A stretch of 64,000 nucleotides of DNA from an uncultured Planctomycetia bacterium (GCA_964372345.1 CAYJQR010000001.1:36825-100824), one strand, 5' to 3'; positions 19,762 to 31,187 are shown, counted from the stretch's first letter. The notes: generated by a model not told the origin, from the letters alone. Numbers and translations: made by a program.

Positions 19762-20932
19762 ATGCGATACGAGTTATTAATCAGCTTGCGTTATCTATTC
19801 GGTCGCCGCAAAGAACGGTTTGTTGCGATCATCAGTTGGATTTCAGTCGCTGGAATTGCCCTGGGGGTGATGGCGCTCATCGTCGTGATCTCGGTGATGA
19901 ACGGGTTTGACCGCGAATTGCGGGACCGGATGGTGGGATTCTACGCCGATCTTTCGGTGACTCAACCAGACGGCGTCAAGAATGCCGGCGAACTTGTGAA
20001 AAAAATCTTGGCTCATCCGGACGTGACGGCGGCGTCTCCCTTCATTCAGGGGCAGGCACTGGTGACTCAGCCGGGGCAAGTCATGGGAATCGTGATTCGA
20101 GGGGTGGATCCTTCCGGTGAGAAAAGGGTCACACAGTTAGACGAGTTTCTGAAGCAGGAGAACGGACTTCCAGACGACGGCATCTGGCTGGGCTGTGAAT
20201 TGGCGGCCCGGCTCGGTCTCTGGATGGGGGACAAAATCAGTTTGATCTCTCCGTCGGACCGGAAATCGTACTTATATCAGGTGACCGGAATTTTCACGTC
20301 GCAGATGTATGAGTATGACGCCAACGTCGCGGTTCTTTCTCTGCCGGCGGCAGGACAGCTTTTGGGAACGGGTGATTCGGTTACCGGCGTCGGGGTGAAA
20401 ACGAGAACGCTCGCCCTGGCTCCGCAGGTGACGCGCCAGCTTCGGCAGCAGCTGGGGCCCGGCTGTGTCGTTCGTTCCTGGATGGATTTAAACCAGGCGC
20501 TCTTTAAAGCGCTGAAACTGGAAAAGACGGTCATGTTCTTGATTCTCGCGATGATTGTGCTGGTGGCCTGTTTTAATATTTCGAGCACTTTGATTATGAT
20601 GGTGATGGAGAAAACAAAAGATATCGGAATTTTAAAAGCAATCGGCGTCGGCGCCGCCGGCGTCCAGCGGATCTTCGTCAATATGGGACTCTGGATTGGT
20701 TTGGTGGGGACGTTCGCTGGAGGAGCGGCCGGGTTGGGAGTCTGCTTTCTCCTGGAGAAATACCCGATCATTCATCTGCCGCCCGATATTTATTACATTG
20801 ACCGGCTTCCGGTGGACGTCGGATGGAGCGATATCACATGGATCACGGCGGGAGCGGTTCTGTTGACCTTAGTGTCAACGCTCTATCCCGCCGCTAAAGC
20901 GGCGAGTTTGGATCCAGTGGAAGCGCTGCGGT

Positions 20933-20940
<8 letters not shown>
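19762..20940 (+). CDS. Lipoprotein-releasing system permease, LolC/LolE (FtsX/MacB family).
   Basis: A four-transmembrane FtsX-like topology with a large periplasmic loop. It is adjacent to the LolD-like ATPase. Confidence 0.75.
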
Positions 20941-21649
<709 letters not shown>

Positions 21650-21662
21650 AAGAGGTGGTGGG

Positions 21663-22529
21663 ATGAAGATCTATTTGAACGGCCAGTGGGTGGAAAAAGA
21701 AGAAGCGAAGATCTCGATCTTTGACCATGGGCTTCTGTACGGCGACGGTGTTTTCGAAGGAATCCGTTCCTACAACGGTCTCATTTTCAAATTGAGAGAG
21801 CATATAGACCGGCTCTTTGAATCGGCCCACACGATCATGCTCAAAATTCCTCTCACCAAAGAAGGACTGACCGAGGCGGTGAAGCAGACTCTTCGCGCCA
21901 ACCAGTTGAAAGAAGCATATATCCGGCTGGTGGTGACTCGCGGAGAGGGAGATTTGGGGCTGGACCCGCGCAAATGCAAAAAGGCGACGATCTTCATCAT
22001 CGCGGACAAAATTGTTCTTTACCCGAAAGAACTCTATGAAACCGGGTTGTCAATCATCACGGTTCCGACCCGGAGAAATGTCCCGGAGGCGCTCAACCCG
22101 CAGATCAAGTCGCTCAATTACTTGAATAACATTCTGGCCAAAATCGAGGCCACTAACGCCGGTAGTGAAGAAGCGATCATGCTTAACGCGCAGGGGTACG
22201 TCGCCGAGTGCACCGGGGATAATATTTTTAGCGTCGCTAAAGGAAAATTGTTGACTCCGGCTCCTTACGTCGGCGCTTTAAAGGGAATTACCCGGGATAC
22301 GGTGATCGCTCTGGCGCAAAAAGGCCGGATGATCGTTCATGAGACTGTTCTCACAAGGCATGATTTGTTCAACTCCGATGAGTTGTTCCTGACCGGCACC
22401 GCCGCTGAGATTATTCCTGTGGTCAAAGTGGACGGCAGGGTGATCGGAACAGGAAAACCGGGGCCGGTGACGCTGCGGCTGATGAAGGAATTTCGTAAAC
22501 TAACTGAGATAGATGGAGAAAAGTACTAA
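21663..22529 (+). CDS. ilvE: Branched-chain amino acid aminotransferase (class IV PLP enzyme).
   Basis: MKIYLNGQWV...FDHGLLYGDGVFEGIR with a catalytic Lys region. About 289 aa. The start was set to ATG 21663 with the SD-like gaggtggtg. Confidence 0.8.
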   Translation: MKIYLNGQWVEKEEAKISIFDHGLLYGDGVFEGIRSYNGLIFKLREHIDRLFESAHTIMLKIPLTKEGLTEAVKQTLRANQLKEAYIRLVVTRGEGDLGLDPRKCKKATIFIIADKIVLYPKELYETGLSIITVPTRRNVPEALNPQIKSLNYLNNILAKIEATNAGSEEAIMLNAQGYVAECTGDNIFSVAKGKLLTPAPYVGALKGITRDTVIALAQKGRMIVHETVLTRHDLFNSDELFLTGTAAEIIPVVKVDGRVIGTGKPGPVTLRLMKEFRKLTEIDGEKY

Positions 22530-23020
22530 TGGTCTGCGATCTCTGCAATAAAAACGTGGCGACAGTCCACTTGACAGAAATCATCAATGATCAGATGAGA
22601 GAGCTTCATCTCTGTGAGGGGTGCGCCAGAGAAAAAGGGGCCGAGATGGAACAGCATTTCGGATTGCAGGATATGCTGGCCGGGTTGGCCGATATGGGAG
22701 AGGAGTTGGGGGAAGAGACCGGAGACCAGTTAACCTGCGGCGTCTGTGGGATGACCTACCTTGATTTCCGCAAAATAGGGCGGCTTGGCTGTCCCGCCTG
22801 TTACGACGCTTTCAAAAAGAAATTGACGAGTGTCCTGCGCCGGATTCACGGTTCGACGCGGCACGTCGGGAAAATTCCGGCCAGGACTAATCAGGATGTG
22901 TCGGATAAATTAAGAATCCAGGAGTTAAAACGAAAACTTCAGCGGTCGGTCGAAATGGAGGAATTTGAAGAAGCGGCAAGGATCCGGGATGAGATTCGGA
23001 GACTGGAGAGGAAAGCTTAG
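22529..23020 (+). CDS. mcsA: McsA-like protein arginine kinase activator (zinc-finger plus UVR domain).
   Basis: Has two CxxC pairs (CDLCNK, CEGCARE, CGVCGM, CPACY) and a C-terminal UVR-like segment (EFEEAARIRDEIRRLE). It lies upstream of mcsB and clpC. Confidence 0.8.
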   Translation: MVCDLCNKNVATVHLTEIINDQMRELHLCEGCAREKGAEMEQHFGLQDMLAGLADMGEELGEETGDQLTCGVCGMTYLDFRKIGRLGCPACYDAFKKKLTSVLRRIHGSTRHVGKIPARTNQDVSDKLRIQELKRKLQRSVEMEEFEEAARIRDEIRRLERKA

Positions 23021-23021
23021 T

Positions 23022-23124
23022 GTCATTCCGACCGAAGTCCGCCAGAGGCGGACGAAGTGGAGGAATCTAATGTCGAGGTGAGATTCCTCGACTCGCCCTT
23101 CGGGCTCGCTCGGAATGACAGTTA
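23022..23124. repeat. Nested-hairpin miniature element between mcsA and mcsB.
   Basis: An 11-bp terminal inverted repeat (tgtcattccga / tcggaatgaca) encloses inner stems (gaggaatct/agattcctc; gcccttcgggc). Confidence 0.7.
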
Positions 23125-23175
23125 TGATAACCTAAGGGACAATAGATTTGAGATAACAGGGGAAGAATTTAAACG

Positions 23176-24225
23176 ATGAAAATCAACGATCTACTCAACC
23201 AAACCAGCGAATGGCTGAAAGGAACGGGGCCGAACGCGGAGATTATCCTCTCGACGCGAATCCGCTTGGCGCGCAACATCGAGAAGAAACCGTTCTCGAA
23301 TTGGGCGACGAAAGCGCAAGCCGCGGAAATTTTTGAAGAGGCGATTCTGGGATTAAACGACGTGAAAACGCTGAAGACCGGAATGGCGCTGGCGCTCAAG
23401 GACGTCCCCTCAGTGGACCGCCAGTTTCTGGTCGAGCGGCATCTGATGAGCAAAGAACAGGCGTCGCGTCCCGAGAATAAAGGATTGGCGCTCAGTAAGG
23501 ACGAGGTTTGCAGCGTCATGGTTAATGAAGAGGATCACCTGCGGGCGCAAATCCTGGGATCGGGGTTCAACCTTCGCAAGTGCTGGGAGATGGCCGATAA
23601 GCTCGACGACCAAATCAGCGAGAAGATCACTTACGCTTTTTCATTGGAGCTCGGTTATCTGACCGCGTGTCCCACCAACACGGGAACCGCCATGAGGGCT
23701 TCGGTGATGGCTCATCTCCCCGCGCTGGTCATGACAAAACGGATCGGCAAACTTTTGGAAGCGATCACCAAATTCGGCCTGACCACCCGCGGACTTTACG
23801 GCGAGGGGACGGAAGCGAGCGGCAACATTTTTCAGGTTTCCAATTCCGTGACACTGGGACAGTCTGAAGACGACACCGTTGAATATCTGGAGCGGTTTGT
23901 GAAACAGCTCATCGGGCACGAAGAGAACGCCCGGAGAACTCTCCTGACACAGCAGAGGGCGGAATTAGAGGACCGTGTCTGGAGGGCTTACGGGGTGTTA
24001 AGAGCGGCGCACATTATCACCAGCAATGAAACGATTGATCTTTTATCGACCGTTCGCTTGGGGGTTGATTTGGGGATTATCAAAGAGATCGACCGCCGGG
24101 CGGTCAATGAACTTTTCATCGCGACGCAGCCGGCTCATCTGCAAAAAATGGAAGGGAAAGAGCTGACTCCTCCCGAGCGGGACGTCAAACGGGCGGCGAT
24201 TATTCGAACGAGGTTGGGAGAGTAA
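23176..24225 (+). CDS. mcsB: Protein arginine kinase McsB (ATP:guanido phosphotransferase family).
   Basis: Has phosphagen-kinase motifs (CPTNTGTAMRASVMAHLPAL) and is about 350 aa. Confidence 0.9.
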   Translation: MKINDLLNQTSEWLKGTGPNAEIILSTRIRLARNIEKKPFSNWATKAQAAEIFEEAILGLNDVKTLKTGMALALKDVPSVDRQFLVERHLMSKEQASRPENKGLALSKDEVCSVMVNEEDHLRAQILGSGFNLRKCWEMADKLDDQISEKITYAFSLELGYLTACPTNTGTAMRASVMAHLPALVMTKRIGKLLEAITKFGLTTRGLYGEGTEASGNIFQVSNSVTLGQSEDDTVEYLERFVKQLIGHEENARRTLLTQQRAELEDRVWRAYGVLRAAHIITSNETIDLLSTVRLGVDLGIIKEIDRRAVNELFIATQPAHLQKMEGKELTPPERDVKRAAIIRTRLGE

Positions 24226-24252
24226 GAGTTATTTTAATAAAGGGAGGCAACG

Positions 24253-26700
24253 ATGTTTAATCGTTTTACGGAGCGGGCAAGGAAAGTGGTGTTGTTGGCG
24301 AAGGAAGAAGCGAAACGGTTCAATCACGACTACATCGGGACAGAACACGTTCTGCTGGGACTTATCCGGGAAGGAGAAGGGGTGGCCGCGGCGGTTCTGC
24401 AGAAACTTGGATTGAGCCCGGACAATATTCGTTTAGAGGTGGAGAAGCTGGTCCAGCCGGGTCCAGCGACGATGGTTTCCGGCGATATCCCGTTTACTCC
24501 AAAAGCTAAAAAAGTGATCGAGCTTGCCATGGATGAAGCGCGGGCGCTGGGGCATAACTATATCGGCACTGAGCACCTCCTGCTGGGGCTTATCCGCGAG
24601 GGAGAAGGGGTTGCTTCGCAGGTTCTGCTGAACATGGGGCTGGATCTCAACAAAGTCCGCAACGAGGTGATGAATCTGCTCGGTTCCGGAATGCCGGGGC
24701 CGGCCCAGCAGCAGGGAAGCGGAGGGGGAAGCGGCGCCGCGCAGGGGCAGAGGACTAAGACGCCCGCTTTGGACGCGTTCGGCCGGGATCTCACGGCGCT
24801 GGCCCGCGAAGGAAAACTCGATCCCGTCGTGAACCGAAAAGATGAAATCGAACGGGTGATTCAAATTTTAGGACGGCGCACCAAGAATAATCCTGTCCTG
24901 CTGGGGGAAGCGGGCGTCGGCAAGACGGCCATCGTCGAAGGGTTGGCTCAGTTGATTGTTCGATCGGAAATCCCAGAGATTCTCAAAGACAAGAGAGTGG
25001 TCATCCTCGATCTGGCTTTAATGGTCGCCGGCACAAAATACCGGGGACAATTTGAAGAGCGGATCAAGGCGGTGATGGATGAACTGCGGCGTTCCGAAAA
25101 CGTCATCATCTTCATTGACGAACTGCATACCCTCGTCGGGGCCGGCGCGGCTGAAGGGGCCATTGACGCGTCGAACATCTTGAAACCGGCGCTGGCGCGG
25201 GGCGAAATTCAATGTATCGGCGCCACGACGCTGGATGAATACCGCAAGTATATTGAAAAAGACGCCGCCTTGGAACGGCGGTTTCAGACAATCATGGTGG
25301 AGCCGCCGTCGGTGGAAGAAACCGTCGAAATCCTAAAAGGGCTTCGGGATAAATATGAAGCGCATCATAAAGTAAAATTTACCGACGCCTCTTTGGAGGC
25401 GGCCGCCAAACTCTCTGACCGGTATATCAGCGGACGGTTCCTTCCGGACAAAGCGATTGACCTCATTGACGAGGCCGGATCACGGGCCCGCCTCTCGATG
25501 ATGACCGCGCCGGAAAGCTTGAAGGAATTAGAATCAAAACTGGAAACGATTCGCAAGGAAAAGGAGTCGGCCGTCAAGGGGCAGGATTTTGAGAAAGCGG
25601 CGAAGTTTCGCGATCAGGAGCGCGAGGCGAAAGAGGCGATGGACAAAGGGCGCAAAGACTGGTCTTTGGCGAAGCAAGCGACGGAACCGGAGATCTCCGT
25701 TGAGGAGATCGCTTACGTTGTCTCCAAGTGGACCGGTATCCCTCTGGCGCGTCTTGAAGAGAAAGAGACGGAACGTTTGCTCCGGATGGAAGAAGTGATT
25801 CACAAGAGAGTCGTCGGCCAGGAAGAAGCCATTCAGGCGATCGCGCGGTCCGTCCGCCGGTCTCGCTCCGGCATAAAAGACCCCAAACGCCCGATTGGTT
25901 CTTTTATCTTTTTGGGTCCGACCGGCGTCGGCAAGACGCTGTTAGCCAAGGCGCTCGCCGAATTTATCTTCGGCAGCGAAGACGCCATGATTCAAGTGGA
26001 TATGTCGGAGTACATGGAAAAATTTAACGTCTCCCGCCTGGTCGGCGCCCCTCCGGGGTATGTCGGTTATGAAGAGGGGGGGCAGTTGACCGAGAGAATC
26101 CGGAGAAAACCCTACTCGGTGGTTCTGCTGGATGAGATCGAGAAAGCGCATCCGGACGTGTTCAATATCTTGCTGCAGGTTCTTGAGGAGGGACGGCTGA
26201 CCGATAATTTGGGAAGAAAGGTCGATTTTAGAAACGCGATCTTGATCATGACTTCAAACGTGGGCGCTGAGTTATTAAAGAAGCACGGTTCTCTTGGTTT
26301 CACGCCGCAGAGCAAGGAATACAATTATGAGCAGATGAAGAAACAGTTAATGGACGAAGTCCGGAAAACTTTCAAGCCGGAATTCCTGAACCGTCTCGAT
26401 GACATTATCGTCTTCCGGGCGTTGACCAAAGACGACCTTTACAAAATCCTGGAGATCGAGCTTTCTTATTTCAGCAATCGCCTGAAAGACCAGGAGATCA
26501 AAGTCGATCTGACCCAGAAAGCGAAGGATTTTCTCATTGAAAAAGGATTCGACGAGATCTACGGCGCCAGGCCGATCAAAAGGACGTTGCAGAGATATTT
26601 GGAAGACCGTGTTTCCGAGGAGATCATCAGCGGGAAGATCGCCAAAGGGGCGGCGATTAAAGTGAGCGTCAAAGACGACTCGTTAATTTTTGAGGTGTGA
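24253..26700 (+). CDS. clpC: ATP-dependent Clp protease ATP-binding subunit ClpC.
   Basis: Has N-terminal double Clp-N repeats, two AAA+ modules (GEAGVGKTAIVEGLA; GPTGVGKTLLAKALA) and a UVR linker. 815 aa. Confidence 0.95.
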   Translation: MFNRFTERARKVVLLAKEEAKRFNHDYIGTEHVLLGLIREGEGVAAAVLQKLGLSPDNIRLEVEKLVQPGPATMVSGDIPFTPKAKKVIELAMDEARALGHNYIGTEHLLLGLIREGEGVASQVLLNMGLDLNKVRNEVMNLLGSGMPGPAQQQGSGGGSGAAQGQRTKTPALDAFGRDLTALAREGKLDPVVNRKDEIERVIQILGRRTKNNPVLLGEAGVGKTAIVEGLAQLIVRSEIPEILKDKRVVILDLALMVAGTKYRGQFEERIKAVMDELRRSENVIIFIDELHTLVGAGAAEGAIDASNILKPALARGEIQCIGATTLDEYRKYIEKDAALERRFQTIMVEPPSVEETVEILKGLRDKYEAHHKVKFTDASLEAAAKLSDRYISGRFLPDKAIDLIDEAGSRARLSMMTAPESLKELESKLETIRKEKESAVKGQDFEKAAKFRDQEREAKEAMDKGRKDWSLAKQATEPEISVEEIAYVVSKWTGIPLARLEEKETERLLRMEEVIHKRVVGQEEAIQAIARSVRRSRSGIKDPKRPIGSFIFLGPTGVGKTLLAKALAEFIFGSEDAMIQVDMSEYMEKFNVSRLVGAPPGYVGYEEGGQLTERIRRKPYSVVLLDEIEKAHPDVFNILLQVLEEGRLTDNLGRKVDFRNAILIMTSNVGAELLKKHGSLGFTPQSKEYNYEQMKKQLMDEVRKTFKPEFLNRLDDIIVFRALTKDDLYKILEIELSYFSNRLKDQEIKVDLTQKAKDFLIEKGFDEIYGARPIKRTLQRYLEDRVSEEIISGKIAKGAAIKVSVKDDSLIFEV

Positions 26701-27795
26701 ATGGGAGGAATTCGGAGAATCCGAAAGCGGATCGGGGTGGCGGGTTTTTGCCTGGCAGGATTTTTTGCCGTCAGCCACGGAGGGTTTTTAGTTTCTGTGC
26801 CCCGGCCTGTCGTGGAGAACTTAAAACCCGAATCCGTTTCGGAAACCATGCAGGGGGGATTTGATCTGGTGGATGGAGAGATGGTTCTTCATCTTGGGGG
26901 AATTGTTTTCAAAATGGGTTTGAAACCCCCCTATGCGGGACGACTCAGCATTGACCACGTCCCATTCATGGGATGGATGATCGTGGCCTCTGTGTCGTTT
27001 CAGGGAGAAAGAAGCCCCTTTAAAGGGACGTTTCAGTCAACTCAGATACTAGTGAATTACGCCCCGGCGATGTTATTTCACGGGCGGTATGAGATCGTTG
27101 ACGGGAAACTTTTGCTGTCGGATTGCGAGGTTGGAGATCTCTATCAATTGGACGGCAGTGTCGGCTTAAGCGTCCCCTATCCAGTCGCCTTGACCCTTCG
27201 GCTGAAAACATGCCAGGCCGGCGAGGTCTTCTTTGTCTCTGAACTGGCGCGGTCAGGAGCGCTGGCCGGAACCGCGAAGGGAGAGTGGCGGCTGGAGGGC
27301 CCGCTTTCGGCCTTGCGGTTCTCCGGAACGTTTGAATTAACGGATGGCCGGCTGGGAAAGAATAACCCGATTTTCTTTTCATCCTCTTTCTTCCCGGTGG
27401 CGGGGACATTGCCCGTTCTAACGATGACGGACGCGCGCGTGAATGGCGATCAAGGGGTTCTGTTGGCAAAAGGAGAGATCGACCTGCGCCAGGGCAATCC
27501 GATGGAAAAGATTAAATTCTATTCGGACACGAAAACGATGCGTTGGAAGGGATGGGATATTCAAACGGCCGATGAGGAAACTAGAGAAGGAGAGGTGAAG
27601 GTCGGCAAGAATATCAGCAAGGATATGCGCGTCAGCTTCAAGGGGTTCATGAATGACGAGCTTGAAATGCAGAGGGCGGGAAGCGGCAAGAAAGAGTTCG
27701 AGTTGGAGTACCGCTTCCAGAAAAATAAAAGGATCAAAATGCAGGTAAAGGGGCACGAAGAGTTCCTGGGGATGGAAAATCGGGTGAAATTCTAA
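26701..27795 (+). CDS. Membrane-anchored hypothetical protein. Possibly an AsmA/TamB-like fragment.
   Basis: Has an N-terminal signal anchor and a beta-rich periplasmic region. It directly precedes mlaEFD. No diagnostic motif was recognised. Confidence 0.4.
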   Translation: MGGIRRIRKRIGVAGFCLAGFFAVSHGGFLVSVPRPVVENLKPESVSETMQGGFDLVDGEMVLHLGGIVFKMGLKPPYAGRLSIDHVPFMGWMIVASVSFQGERSPFKGTFQSTQILVNYAPAMLFHGRYEIVDGKLLLSDCEVGDLYQLDGSVGLSVPYPVALTLRLKTCQAGEVFFVSELARSGALAGTAKGEWRLEGPLSALRFSGTFELTDGRLGKNNPIFFSSSFFPVAGTLPVLTMTDARVNGDQGVLLAKGEIDLRQGNPMEKIKFYSDTKTMRWKGWDIQTADEETREGEVKVGKNISKDMRVSFKGFMNDELEMQRAGSGKKEFELEYRFQKNKRIKMQVKGHEEFLGMENRVKF

Positions 27796-27796
27796 A

Positions 27797-28582
27797 ATGA
27801 ACTTCGCGCTTTGGTTTGCCAGGCTGGGGGAGAGATTTCTGGATTTGGCGGTCTACGTGGGGGGCGTAGCCATCCTTTTCGTTCGGACGATTCATTTTGC
27901 CGTCGTGGGGCCCCTCGATCGCTTTCAAGTGTTTGACCAGATGAAGAAGATCGGCATCAACAGCCTTCCCATTGTTACGTTAATCTCTCTTTTTACCGGC
28001 GTGGTGCTGGCGCTTCAGAGCGCTTATCAAATGCAGAAAATCTCCGCCCAGCTTTACATCGCCAGCCTTGTCTCTCTCTCAATGATGCGGGAGTTGGGCC
28101 CCGTTTTGACGGCCCTCATCGTCGCCGGAAGAGTGGGGGCGGCGATCACGGCGGAGTTGGGGACCATGAAGGTGACCGAACAGATTGACGCTTTAGAAAC
28201 GCTGTCGACCCATCCGGTTCGCTATCTGTCCGTTCCCCGTTTTTTAGCCCTGATGACGATGCTTCCCATTTTGACTGTCTACGCCGATCTGATAGGAGTG
28301 ATCGGGGGATACCTGGTCGGGGTCTATAAGCTGGGAATCGGCTCGGGGATTTACATCAAAATGACTTTTGAACCGCTCATGTTGAAAGATCTTTTCACCG
28401 GGCTCTCCAAATCGATCGTTTTTGGCATGGTCATCTGCATCGTCGCCTGTTATGAGGGATTTCGGACGCAGGGAGGGGCTGAAGGAGTTGGAAGGGCGAC
28501 GACTTTCTCGGTAGTGACGTCTTTTATTCTAATCATAGCGTCGGATTGCTTGTTCACGGCGCTGTTTTACTTTGCGTTTTGA
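27797..28582 (+). CDS. mlaE: Phospholipid ABC transporter permease MlaE.
   Basis: A 261 aa polytopic MlaE/YrbE-family protein (TMKVTEQIDALETL). Confidence 0.85.
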   Translation: MNFALWFARLGERFLDLAVYVGGVAILFVRTIHFAVVGPLDRFQVFDQMKKIGINSLPIVTLISLFTGVVLALQSAYQMQKISAQLYIASLVSLSMMRELGPVLTALIVAGRVGAAITAELGTMKVTEQIDALETLSTHPVRYLSVPRFLALMTMLPILTVYADLIGVIGGYLVGVYKLGIGSGIYIKMTFEPLMLKDLFTGLSKSIVFGMVICIVACYEGFRTQGGAEGVGRATTFSVVTSFILIIASDCLFTALFYFAF

Positions 28583-29346
28583 TGATTGAAATTATCAATC
28601 TTTGTAAATCATTCGGCCCGCGGCGGGTTTTTCACAACCTGAACCTGACGATTGAAACGGGAGAGACGCGGGTCATTATCGGCCGGTCCGGCGCCGGCAA
28701 GAGTGTTTTGCTGAAACATATCGTTGGATTGATTCGTCCTGATTCGGGACAGGTGCTCATTGACGGAGTGGATGTCTGCTCCATTAGAGAGAGCGCGGCA
28801 TTGGACAAAATCCGCATGAAGTTCGGAATGTTGTTTCAAGGAGCGGCTCTTTTTGATTCTCTCTCTATCTGGGAAAACGTCGGGTTCGCCCTCATCCAGC
28901 ACACCTCGATGGGGGAGGAAGAAATCCGCCACAGGGTGAGGGAGTGTTTGTCGCTGGTGGGCTTGAAAGGGATCGAGGAGATGAAGCCGGCGGAATTGAG
29001 CGGCGGAATGCGCAAACGAGTGGGGTTGGCGCGGGCCATCTGCATGAACCCGGAGACTCTTTTTTACGACGAGCCGACGACGGGAATTGATCCGATCATG
29101 GCGGACGCGATCACCGATTTGATTATTGATCTGCATGACAAACTGCGGGTCACTTCCATCGTGGTGACCCATGACATGATCAGCGCGTACAAAGTAGCGA
29201 GCAGGATCGCCATGTTGTATGCCGGCAAGATTATCGAGGTAGGAACGCCGGATCAGATTCGGAACACAAAAAACCCGATCGTGCGGCAATTTATCACGGG
29301 CGCCGCTGTGGGGCCGATTACGGAAGCAGAGGGGTTGGCGATATGA
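28582..29346 (+). CDS. mlaF: Phospholipid ABC transporter ATPase MlaF.
   Basis: Has Walker A (GRSGAGKSVL), the signature LSGGMRKRVGLARA and Walker B (FYDEPTTGIDP). The start was set to ATG 28582, overlapping the mlaE stop (TGATG). Confidence 0.85.
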   Translation: MIEIINLCKSFGPRRVFHNLNLTIETGETRVIIGRSGAGKSVLLKHIVGLIRPDSGQVLIDGVDVCSIRESAALDKIRMKFGMLFQGAALFDSLSIWENVGFALIQHTSMGEEEIRHRVRECLSLVGLKGIEEMKPAELSGGMRKRVGLARAICMNPETLFYDEPTTGIDPIMADAITDLIIDLHDKLRVTSIVVTHDMISAYKVASRIAMLYAGKIIEVGTPDQIRNTKNPIVRQFITGAAVGPITEAEGLAI

Positions 29347-29377
29347 CGCAAAAATTGGGAAGGGAGGAGAAGACTAG

Positions 29378-30094
29378 GTGATTCAACGAGAGAACGTCGA
29401 GGTCAAAGTGGGGATCTTTGTTTTTATCGGGATGCTGATTCTTTTTGTCATCGTGTTTTCAATCGGTGATTTCTATCTCTGGAATCCCGGATATTCCGTC
29501 AGGGCCGGTTTTAGGTTTATCAACGGAATCGAAGAATCCGCTCCGGTCCGTTTCGCCGGCGTCAATGCCGGCGAAGTAAAGGATATCCAGATCGTCACTG
29601 ATCCGCAGACAGGACAGACATGGGTCGAACTTGTTCTCTGGCTGAGGCAGAATGTCATGGTGAGCGAAGATTCGGTCGTGACGATCAATACGCTCGGTTT
29701 ATTAGGAGAAAAATATGTGGAAATTGCTCCCGGCACTCCCAGTGCGAAGCTTTTAAAAGAGGGGGACAGGGTCCGCGGCAAGGATCCTTTAGCGACTGAA
29801 GCCATCGCGGAGAAGGCTTACGCGGTGGCGACGAAGCTGGATCAAGTCATGACTCATGTGAATGAAGTTGTCCAGGATGCTGAATTTAAGAGTTCTTTAA
29901 AGCGGACAGTCGTCAATACAGCGGAAGCAGCCGACTCAGCCAAGTCGGTCCTGTCTCAAATCCAAAGCGGCCAGGGGACCCTCGGGAAACTCATTTATGA
30001 GGAGGCGGTTCACAAGAATCTGGAGGATCTCACCGGCGATTTAAAGGCGAATCCCTGGAAACTGCTCCAGAAGCCGAAGGAAAAAAAGAAATAG
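29378..30094 (+). CDS. mlaD: MCE-domain protein MlaD.
   Basis: Has an N-terminal transmembrane helix and an MCE domain (GAPVRFAGVNAGEV). Confidence 0.8.
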   Translation: MIQRENVEVKVGIFVFIGMLILFVIVFSIGDFYLWNPGYSVRAGFRFINGIEESAPVRFAGVNAGEVKDIQIVTDPQTGQTWVELVLWLRQNVMVSEDSVVTINTLGLLGEKYVEIAPGTPSAKLLKEGDRVRGKDPLATEAIAEKAYAVATKLDQVMTHVNEVVQDAEFKSSLKRTVVNTAEAADSAKSVLSQIQSGQGTLGKLIYEEAVHKNLEDLTGDLKANPWKLLQKPKEKKK

Positions 30095-30105
30095 GGGGTT
30101 TTATT

Positions 30106-31143
30106 ATGACATTTATTTTCATTCGTTTATTTTTTGTCGCGATGAGCGGAGTCGTCGGATACCAGCTGGGATTTTCCGTTTCTAATCTAGACGCGCAAAC
30201 CGCGTGGACATGGGCGGCGCTGGGATTGGGCAGCGGCGGAATCGTCGTGGCGTTGGAATTGCTGTTGCGCCCCATTTATGTCCGCGGCCTTTCAGCGGCG
30301 GTCTTTGGACTGCTATTCGGATTGATCCTGTCGAAGTTAATCACCAGCGCGTTTTTGCTCGTCCCGATGTCGCCGATGTTAGGGCAATCCGTGCAATTAG
30401 CGTTCACTCTTGTGTTCTGTTATCTGGGAATGATCATGGCCCTTCGGAGCAAGGACGAATTCAGCGTCATCATTCCCTATATCAAGTTTGAACAAGAGGG
30501 AAAAATCGAAGATCTTGTGTTGCTGGACACCAGCGTCATCATTGACGGCAGGATCGCCGATATCACGAAGACACGGTTCATTGACGGCAAGTTCGTTATT
30601 CCGCGGTTTGTGCTGAAGGAACTCCAGCAGATCGCCGATTCTCAGGATTCCCTGAAGCGAAACAGGGGTCGCCGGGGGCTAGACGTTCTTAATAAAATTC
30701 AAAAGAGCGCTAATATCAATGTCGTGATCCATGAAGAGGATTTTCCGGAGATTCACGAAGTGGACGCGAAACTAGTGAAGCTGGCGAAAAAGATTCAGGC
30801 GAAAGTTTTCACTAATGATTACAACCTGAACAAAGTCGCCGAACTGCAGGGAGTGACTGTCTTGAACATCAACGAATTGGCGAACGCCCTCAAACCGGTC
30901 GTCCTGCCGGGTGAAGTCATGGAAGTGCGGCTGGTCAAGGAGGGGAAGGAATATAATCAAGCGGTCGCCTATCTGGACGACGGGACCATGGTGGTCGTGG
31001 AAGGATCCAGGCGTCTCATTGGACAGCGCATCGAAGCGGAGGTCACCAGTGTCATTCAGACGGCCGCCGGCCGGATGATTTTCGCCAAGCTGACTTCTCA
31101 ACAACAGCAGATGGCTGAAAGAAATCAGTCAAAATCGGAATGA
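30106..31143 (+). CDS. YacL-like membrane protein with PIN and TRAM domains.
   Basis: Has an N-terminal transmembrane region and a PIN domain (LLDTSVIIDGRI...TND). The C-terminal TRAM domain is GEVMEVRLVKEGKEYNQAVAYLDDGTMVVVEGS. Confidence 0.75.
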   Translation: MTFIFIRLFFVAMSGVVGYQLGFSVSNLDAQTAWTWAALGLGSGGIVVALELLLRPIYVRGLSAAVFGLLFGLILSKLITSAFLLVPMSPMLGQSVQLAFTLVFCYLGMIMALRSKDEFSVIIPYIKFEQEGKIEDLVLLDTSVIIDGRIADITKTRFIDGKFVIPRFVLKELQQIADSQDSLKRNRGRRGLDVLNKIQKSANINVVIHEEDFPEIHEVDAKLVKLAKKIQAKVFTNDYNLNKVAELQGVTVLNINELANALKPVVLPGEVMEVRLVKEGKEYNQAVAYLDDGTMVVVEGSRRLIGQRIEAEVTSVIQTAAGRMIFAKLTSQQQQMAERNQSKSE

Positions 31144-31187
31144 TTGATGATCCCACCACCTGTTTTCGACTCTTTGAGCCGATGATC

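Noticed and set aside
22400-22560. A CtsR operator (GGTCAAA direct heptad repeats) upstream of mcsA
   Set aside because: mcsA overlaps the ilvE stop. No ctsR gene or GGTCAAA tandem was found. The GGTCAAA matches elsewhere in the window are single and intragenic.
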